Below are positions 41,438 to 46,535 of a stretch of 46,535 nt of DNA, in pieces. Source of the DNA: an uncultured bacterium (lineage in GTDB: Bacteria > UBP14 > UBA6098 > B30-G16); the NCBI GenBank assembly GCA_964562425.1, contig CAZLTJ010000007.1, forward strand, positions 1-46,535, read 5' to 3'. Each line of letters begins with the position of its first letter. Positions within the stretch are counted from its first letter, which is position 1. Both the position numbers and the translations under genes were made by a program. A model generated the notes under the pieces. The model was not told the DNA's origin. It made no database searches and saw nothing but the letters and a program-made list of their open reading frames with translations.

Positions 41438-41743
41438 TTAAGATTTATTTTTAAATAATTTATAAAGACTCGGTTCTATTATATCACGAGCTTTATTATG
41501 TGGAATATCTAAATGTAATGTTATATTTATTTCCTTATGATAAAATTCATACCATGCTGTTTTTTCCGTTACTCTACTAAATTTAAATTTTTCTGCAAAT
41601 TCTTTTTGTGTAATTGGTGTGCTTTCTAACCCTCCTAATAATCTTATAGCACCATTATCCCAATAATTTACACAATAGAAATATTTTAATAATCCTTTAG
41701 TGTCATTCTTTTTTGCCATTGAAATAATTTCATCCGTCCACAT
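41438..41743 (-). CDS. hypothetical protein
   Basis: The track ORF extends to 41812, deep into the VRR-NUC gene. I prefer ATG 41743 (MWTDEIISMAKK), preceded by aaagaaagga. Confidence 0.4.
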   Translation of the reverse strand: MWTDEIISMAKKNDTKGLLKYFYCVNYWDNGAIRLLGGLESTPITQKEFAEKFKFSRVTEKTAWYEFYHKEINITLHLDIPHNKARDIIEPSLYKLFKNKS

Positions 41744-41762
41744 AATAATCCTTTCTTTAAAG

Positions 41763-42086
41763 TTATTCAATAAATTTAAAAACATCTTCAATACAACACA
41801 CAACAAGGGCAAGCCCTTTATTATTGTTTATATCCACTAAAAAATTGTGTTGATTATCGGATAGTTTATTAGGCTTAATCTTTACTTCAATTGCTAAGAA
41901 TCTGCCATTAGGTAATATTCCTAGAATATCAGATACACCTTTCACTGATGTATTAGTCCTAAAAATTCTACGTGCAGGATCGTAAATCCCTGTACTATTA
42001 TGATTCTTCCATGCAAAGACTTTTTTAATCTTTAGATATTCAAGTATCTGCTTTTGAAGTGCGGATTCCTTGGCTTTAGTTTTCAT
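41763..42086 (-). CDS. VRR-NUC domain nuclease
   Basis: 107 aa. ESALQKQILEYLK ... GVSDILGILPNGRFLAIEVKIK ... LSDNQ fits the PD-(D/E)XK-type VRR-NUC core (D ... E-x-K). Confidence 0.65.
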   Translation of the reverse strand: MKTKAKESALQKQILEYLKIKKVFAWKNHNSTGIYDPARRIFRTNTSVKGVSDILGILPNGRFLAIEVKIKPNKLSDNQHNFLVDINNNKGLALVVCCIEDVFKFIE

Positions 42087-42256
42087 ATTGCTATTCCTTC
42101 TTTAATAACCCAACAACATATTTTACGACATTTTTCACATTGTGAATGTCTAAATCCCGGCGCGCATCCAAACCATATTAGACCCCAGTCATGATCGCAA
42201 TTTATTTGTTTCAGATAAAAGAGAATCTGATTAAAATATTTTTCATATTTATTCAT
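42083..42256 (-). CDS. small Cys/His-rich protein
   Basis: The track ORF starts at GTG 42268. ATG 42256 (MNKYEKY) is more likely. Contains CDHD...C...HSQCEKCRKICC. ATGA overlap with VRR-NUC. Confidence 0.4.
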   Translation of the reverse strand: MNKYEKYFNQILFYLKQINCDHDWGLIWFGCAPGFRHSQCEKCRKICCWVIKEGIAI

Positions 42257-42331
42257 TATTATACCCACAAATGATAATCTAAATGCCTAAAATCACATCG
42301 TATTGTTTTTCTAAATATGCAAGGATGTGTT

Positions 42332-42472
42332 TTATTCATTTTCATCCTTTCCTATTTTACCATTATCGTACTCGGACATTTTGCCGTCTATTCTTTTGCA
42401 AAAATAACACCTGTTAGGATCGTTAAGGCAATCTTTAACATTACACATCTTATTGGCTTTGTAAATGTTCAT
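42332..42472 (-). CDS. small zinc-ribbon-like protein (46 aa)
   Basis: Hand translation: MNIYKANKMCNVKDCLNDPNRCYFCKRIDGKMSEYDNGKIGKDENE. CxxxxC...CxxC arrangement. SD aaagga lies 7 nt upstream. Antisense to track ORF 42317-42529. Confidence 0.35.
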   Translation of the reverse strand: MNIYKANKMCNVKDCLNDPNRCYFCKRIDGKMSEYDNGKIGKDENE

Positions 42473-42608
42473 AAACTATCCTTTCATAGATATTTCTTTT
42501 TATATCTTGTATTTAATTTACGGGCATAGCAACATGAACAGCCTCTTTTACAGCCGACAATCGGATTTAAAGTAAAATTGCACTATTCGATGGCTGTTTT
42601 ATTCATAG

Positions 42609-43283
42609 TTATTTCCTCCGCGTCTCAACGTCTTTGTAAACTCGCAAACCGTCTGCTTTAAATTCGCTTTCCTTAATCTTCACACCGGCCTTTAACGTCT
42701 TTTCATCAATAGTTAGATATTCGTATTGTCCAGTCTTGATAAAGAACATTATCAGCCGTTTGATGTCAGTTATTTCATACTTCCACTTGATTATCCTTGA
42801 TACTCCCTGCGGCTCAGCTTGTTTCTCGACAATATTAGAAACGGTCATGTCCGCTTCTTGTCTGATTTGCTCTGCGACTTCCGGCTTTTTTTCTTCCAGC
42901 TTTTCTGCTTTCTTTTCCATCTTCTCTTTTTCAAGCCGGACACGTTCATCTTCAATGGCCTGTTCTTTTGCTTTGCGTATATTTTCGCTTTCCTGCCAGT
43001 CGTAAGTTTTGCCGTCAAGGTTTTTCTTAACTCTGGCAAAGTCTGCAAGGATAGGTTTAAAATAAGATATGATGCTTTTCTTTTTTCTTTCAAGTGGTTG
43101 TGTCAATGTTTCCTTATCGTTAATTAAAGTCTTTTCCTCTTTCCTGATTTGCTTTGAGAGCTCTGAAGCCGCCATGAACTGCATTTCATCTGTAATCGTT
43201 TCAATCTCTGCACCGGAAATAAGTTCCTTGATTTCGCCTTGGATTTTTTCCTGAATTGTTTTCGGGATTAGTTCGTTGTCCAT
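42609..43283 (-). CDS. hypothetical coiled-coil protein (recombination-module associated)
   Basis: 224 aa with a long charged helical centre (RVRLEKEKMEKKAEKLEEKKPEVAEQIRQE). Resembles the DUF1351-type proteins found beside phage recombinases, but I cannot confirm this. Confidence 0.4.
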   Translation of the reverse strand: MDNELIPKTIQEKIQGEIKELISGAEIETITDEMQFMAASELSKQIRKEEKTLINDKETLTQPLERKKKSIISYFKPILADFARVKKNLDGKTYDWQESENIRKAKEQAIEDERVRLEKEKMEKKAEKLEEKKPEVAEQIRQEADMTVSNIVEKQAEPQGVSRIIKWKYEITDIKRLIMFFIKTGQYEYLTIDEKTLKAGVKIKESEFKADGLRVYKDVETRRK

Positions 43284-43289
43284 GATTAA

Positions 43290-43799
43290 TTATCCTTTCT
43301 TTTCGGTAGGTTTATAATTCTTTAATAGGAATTCAAACATTTCTTTTTCTTTATCATACAAACCGGTAAAGCGTTGAAATGTTTCTATTAATTTATCAAA
43401 TCCAAATGTGCTGATTTTGCATAGACTTTCATTAACTATATCAATTTTCTTTTGAAGCGGATCGAGAACATCACACGCGGTATTGATTTTCTTTTCAAGC
43501 AATGTTCGATCTGCGTCATATTTTTCCCAACAGGCATAAAATGCGTTTAGTGATTCATTCTTTGCTTGTTCAAAACGTTTCTTTACTTTTAAAATAAGCC
43601 CTTCATAAATAACAGCATCTTCTTCAAGCGATTCAAGACTTGTTTTAAATTCATCCTGAATAGTTTTATTACGTGTCTGAAGATATTCGTTAATCATTTT
43701 CATTCTGGCATTACTATCACCGATTTTGTTGTAACGTTCGGAAATTTCTTTAGGAACCCAAATCAATTCCGTGTCATTTTCTGTTTTCGTCTTTTCCAT
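43290..43799 (-). CDS. hypothetical helical protein
   Basis: 169-aa ORF. No diagnostic motif. Confidence 0.4.
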   Translation of the reverse strand: MEKTKTENDTELIWVPKEISERYNKIGDSNARMKMINEYLQTRNKTIQDEFKTSLESLEEDAVIYEGLILKVKKRFEQAKNESLNAFYACWEKYDADRTLLEKKINTACDVLDPLQKKIDIVNESLCKISTFGFDKLIETFQRFTGLYDKEKEMFEFLLKNYKPTEKKG

Positions 43800-44008
43800 A
43801 ATGTCACCCTTTCCTTAAATCCTTTTATATTTATTATTTGATTTCCAATAGTTAGAATACCTTCGCATACACTGTAATTTAAAATAATCCCACATTCTTC
43901 ATTTTCGTTTTTCTGGTCAATTGTATTTTGCATTATTTCCCGAAGTCCTTCAACGATCCCCCAATGCTTTACATAATTAGGTGAAATGGTTAAATTAATA
44001 TTTGTCAT
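43763..44008 (-). CDS. hypothetical protein
   Basis: 81-aa ORF. Its last 37 nt overlap the next gene. The N-terminal WGIVEGLREIMQNTIDQ faintly resembles a GHKL N-box. Confidence 0.35.
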   Translation of the reverse strand: MTNINLTISPNYVKHWGIVEGLREIMQNTIDQKNENEECGIILNYSVCEGILTIGNQIINIKGFKERVTLWKRRKQKMTRN

Positions 44009-44014
44009 TATTGT

Positions 44015-44596
44015 TTATCCTTTCTTATACTTCATTAAGTTCATTGCAGACTGGAAATAAATCCAATCTGTTGATTGTTTGTGAATGTTAATCTTTGGCC
44101 GTTTATCCGGGACAAGATGAACACACATTCTTTTTATCCTGGCATTTGAATTAAGACTATAATGTTCTTTAATCAATTGTGCATAGGCCGATGTTTGGAG
44201 AGGGCAAGCGTTAGTACAGATACCAGACTTGATGTCTACAAGCAACTTTGATTCAAGGCTGAATACATCAGGAGTCCCGGCGTATCCTAAACGTGAATGT
44301 AAAGGCTGTTCAATCAAAGACCATTTAGGATAGTTATTTTCTTTAAGAAAGATTTTCCATGAAGCAAGATAGGATAAAGAGATGGGATCAAGCGCGTCAA
44401 CGTCAAGGTCATCCTTATTATAGAGAGCGCACATTTTGTGAATCTTCTTGCCTTTAATACGCGCTTTCTTTAACAATTCAGGCTTGACCATTGAGAAATC
44501 CGACAAGCCCTCCGCTTCGAGTATGCCCGTCACAGAGGGCAGCCGCCTTCCATTAAAAAAATATCTATGCTTTACCGGGTCGAATGTCAAGCACAT
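44015..44596 (-). CDS. PD-(D/E)XK exonuclease (RecB/Cas4-like phage exonuclease)
   Basis: 193 aa. HRYFFNGRRLPSVTGIL at the N-terminus, catalytic GTPDVF ... LVDIKSG (D ... D-x-K), and the QxxxY motif LQTSAYAQL. Confidence 0.65.
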   Translation of the reverse strand: MCLTFDPVKHRYFFNGRRLPSVTGILEAEGLSDFSMVKPELLKKARIKGKKIHKMCALYNKDDLDVDALDPISLSYLASWKIFLKENNYPKWSLIEQPLHSRLGYAGTPDVFSLESKLLVDIKSGICTNACPLQTSAYAQLIKEHYSLNSNARIKRMCVHLVPDKRPKINIHKQSTDWIYFQSAMNLMKYKKG

Positions 44597-44883
44597 CGAT
44601 TAATTATTCTCCTAACCATAAAGTTTTCTTTACCTGTCCTTAGAATATGTAAATACATAAACCACCATATTTTATGTATTATTTTTGATTTATTATTTTT
44701 GAGTACACACACCCTGCTATTCATCGTTATTCGTTTACCTATTTGATATATTTTCATAATATATTTAATGTTTTAATAAATAGGGGAATTTCACCCCCAT
44801 GTGTTGCGACACCTTGCTATTATTTCAAGCAAGACAACTCTGTATGCTTCAATGTTCGGAACCGGAAAACCGGCCTATTGGTT

Positions 44884-45324
44884 CTATCCACATACTGTCA
44901 TCCTGTCGTTTAACCGAACAGATTTTTTTAATATTCGTGTCTTAAGTGAGACATATCCCAATCCCGCCATTTGTTTTTTTAATTCATCAGACAAAAAAGG
45001 AATTGTATCAGGCGTTAATGCATCCCAAACGTTCAAAAGATGTCCTAGTCCTATTGTCATTAATGCTATTCCCTGATCTCCCATTTCGCCACCAACCTGT
45101 AAATATGAATGTTCGTTTCCATCAAACCATTGCGGATATTCTTCTTTTGCCATTTTTTCAAATACTTTTTTATCAACGCCATCTTTTGCTTTTAAACTAA
45201 AGAATATAAGATTTATTGTATGCCCACCAGGCTGTTTTTCTTTTGGATTTTCAGGTGCATCAATACATCTTTTACAAGTACATGCGCCACGCTCTGCGAA
45301 AGTTTGTACATAATCTGCTAACAT
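44884..45324 (-). CDS. hypothetical protein
   Basis: 146-aa ORF between the candidate annealing protein and the exonuclease. N-terminal CTCKRC motif. Confidence 0.4.
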   Translation of the reverse strand: MLADYVQTFAERGACTCKRCIDAPENPKEKQPGGHTINLIFFSLKAKDGVDKKVFEKMAKEEYPQWFDGNEHSYLQVGGEMGDQGIALMTIGLGHLLNVWDALTPDTIPFLSDELKKQMAGLGYVSLKTRILKKSVRLNDRMTVCG

Positions 45325-45347
45325 AAGAATATCCTTTTTTAATTAGT

Positions 45348-46346
45348 TTATTTCTTCAATCCCTTGACAATCGCCTTTAACATCGGGATTAAATCTTCAT
45401 AGTGATTGATTTCTAAAAACATCGGCTCAACGCTGTTTTCATTTAGATACTTTTCATAGATATCTTTCCAGCTGTCTTTAACTTTTTTGCTCTTTTGTTC
45501 AAGGATTGTAAGTAGATCATCAAAGTCAACTTTTAACTGTGACTTTTTATTTTCTGGCTTATCCTTGCCCGTCTTTGATTGCGGTTCGGAAATCGTTTCA
45601 TCAGGGTCAACAAACTGTTCATCAACGGTTGTATCTTCCTCCTGAATAGCCGTATAGATACCGATTAACGCTTCAACATCAGTCAGGTTAATATCGGCCT
45701 CGCCCTCTTTTTCCAGCTTATCAAGAAGCTGCTGTTTTGAAACACCAAGTCCCTCAAATTTGTCAAACATTGTTTTCTTCCGGTCATTCATTGTAGACTT
45801 GTCCCCGACAGCAACACTTTTAATTTTATACTGTAATGATTTTAACTGCCCGGCCATGCCTTTAAAAATGGCATTCCTGAAAGCGATTGCCCCGGATGCA
45901 TTCGTTGTAGTGGTTATCATGTCCTCTGAAAATCTCTCACCGTCCTTATTGGTTATCTTTCTGTGGTTTTCAACTTTAATAGCAACGTTGTTTTCCAAGT
46001 CCCAAAAAAATCCCTCTGTAATGACCTTGGACTGCTCAACCGCAATTGTTCTGAAACCTGCCCGGCAATTTCCAAACTGATTCATTGCCATTTCAGCAAG
46101 CCGTACACTTGGCCCCTCAATTGTTTTACCGCCCCTAGGTAATTGATAGAAACAGGACATTGCCGTTTCTACGTCCTGCGTTGCCATTGAAATAACATTC
46201 TTGCGGAACTTCTCAATTGATCGCTTGAATCTTTTGGCCGTTGATATCTGGATATCAATTTCAGATTTGTTAATTATTTCAAGTGCGGTCGTTTCTACAA
46301 CTGTCACTTCGCCTAAACTTTTTTCAATCTGTTTTCCGTTTTCCAT
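45348..46346 (-). CDS. candidate single-strand annealing protein (function uncertain)
   Basis: 332 aa. The coding call is firm. The function is inferred only from synteny with the exonuclease and a loose RecT-like tail pattern (SGAIAFRNAIFKGM compared with RecT KKTAIRRLFKYLP). Acidic C-terminal extension. Confidence 0.35.
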   Translation of the reverse strand: MENGKQIEKSLGEVTVVETTALEIINKSEIDIQISTAKRFKRSIEKFRKNVISMATQDVETAMSCFYQLPRGGKTIEGPSVRLAEMAMNQFGNCRAGFRTIAVEQSKVITEGFFWDLENNVAIKVENHRKITNKDGERFSEDMITTTTNASGAIAFRNAIFKGMAGQLKSLQYKIKSVAVGDKSTMNDRKKTMFDKFEGLGVSKQQLLDKLEKEGEADINLTDVEALIGIYTAIQEEDTTVDEQFVDPDETISEPQSKTGKDKPENKKSQLKVDFDDLLTILEQKSKKVKDSWKDIYEKYLNENSVEPMFLEINHYEDLIPMLKAIVKGLKK

Positions 46347-46348
46347 GA

Positions 46349-46535
46349 TTATTTCACCTCCTTAAAATTTACCTCTACCGTTTTACCACGATAGGATATT
46401 TTTGTTTTGTCAAAGTTTGTATCACATATGTCGGCACCGTACAGGTTGGCACCGCGCAAGTCGGAATTGTTAAGATCGGAATTGCTAAGGGTGGCACCGC
46501 GCAAGTCGGAATTGTTAAGATCGGAATTGCTAAGG
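46349..46535 (-). CDS. pentapeptide-repeat protein (C-terminal part; 5' end outside the window)
   Basis: Not in the ORF track. Hand translation: LSNSDLNNSDLRGATLSNSDLNNSDLRGANLYGADICDTNFDKTKISYRGKTVEVNFKEVK, then stop. Regular A(D/N)LxX pentads. A 45-nt DNA segment is repeated in tandem (46446-46490 / 46491-46535). The SD for the next gene lies in its last codons. Confidence 0.75.
   Translation of the reverse strand, partial: LSNSDLNNSDLRGATLSNSDLNNSDLRGANLYGADICDTNFDKTKISYRGKTVEVNFKEVK

Noticed and set aside
42317-42529. Plus-strand 70-aa hydrophobic ORF in the only region lacking a long minus-strand ORF.
   Set aside because: It has no SD before its ATG and would be the only plus-strand gene. 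The same DNA encodes a minus-strand 46-aa zinc-ribbon-like ORF with an SD. Hydrophobicity is expected when translating the antisense of an AT-rich Lys/Asn-rich frame. It cannot be fully excluded.
3342-43093. Nested minus-strand ORFs in alternative frames (3342-3557, 12829-13020, 15209-15406, 15797-16084, 18594-18917, 26928-27155, 27186-27374, 27471-27722, 28614-28817, 30023-30217, 39055-39240, 42845-43093).
   Set aside because: They are fully contained, out of frame, inside longer CDSs with clear family motifs. Their composition is biased (Arg/Leu/Gln-rich), and nothing suggests overprinting.
43763-44008. GHKL ATPase N-box resemblance (LREIMQNTIDQ), suggesting a truncated ATPase or pseudogene.
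   Set aside because: Only one short motif matches, the ORF is 81 aa, and the downstream ORF shows no G1/G2 boxes in any frame that I could see. It is most likely coincidental.
44596-44757. 55-codon minus-strand ORF (MKIYQIGKRITMNSRV...) spanning the AT-rich intergenic region before the exonuclease.
   Set aside because: It has no SD, and its Lys/Ile/Asn/Arg-rich composition is typical of translated AT-rich non-coding DNA. It would also overlap the exonuclease start out of frame.
180-46080. All plus-strand ORFs in the supplied track (e.g. 180-554, 6622-6933, 16877-17419, 18137-18565, 37750-38328, 45760-46080).
   Set aside because: Each lies antisense within a longer minus-strand CDS that has recognisable motifs. 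Their translations are low-complexity (Ser/Phe/Leu/Ile-rich) mirror images of the real frames. None has a convincing SD, and no plus-strand gene would fit the gap-free minus-strand operon structure.

Overview
The window is 46.5 kb of a tailed dsDNA phage or prophage of siphovirus type, with an HK97-fold capsid and a tape measure protein preceded by a G/GT-type frameshifted chaperone. Every credible gene is on the minus strand. Genes are tightly packed, with many ATGA or 4-8 nt overlaps. In transcription order (high to low coordinates) the modules are as follows. (1) Early and recombination genes: a partial pentapeptide-repeat protein, a candidate annealing protein, a PD-(D/E)XK exonuclease, VRR-NUC, DUF1937 and many small ORFs. 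(2) A proteasome-beta/HslV-like Ntn hydrolase. (3) An AT-rich ~6 kb glycan-decoration island: an LpxD-type N-acyltransferase, GT-A glycosyltransferases (one fused to a SAM methyltransferase), an SGNH esterase, a sulfotransferase and a deacetylase-like protein. (4) A mosaic array of small Zn-ribbon, DUF551 and Lar-like genes joined by repeated junction cassettes. (5) A GC-rich short C5-methyltransferase-like gene, a mini-lipoprotein, an APS-kinase-like gene, a Gfo/Idh/MocA oxidoreductase and a DPPY DNA methyltransferase. (6) Replication genes: a replisome organizer and a DnaB-like helicase. (7) Terminase, a portal-MuF fusion, protease, scaffold and capsid, followed by a glycosyltransferase paralog in the head module. 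(8) Connectors, an inserted beta-helix block, tail tube, chaperone, tape measure, tail tip and fiber. I found no rRNA, tRNA, CRISPR array, integrase or endolysin. The best candidate for something new is a split phage-borne pathway (APS kinase plus sulfotransferase plus GT, methyl, acyl, esterase and deacetylase enzymes) for a sulfated, decorated glycan, possibly targeting the virion. All functional calls rest on motifs read by eye from the translations. No database search was run.
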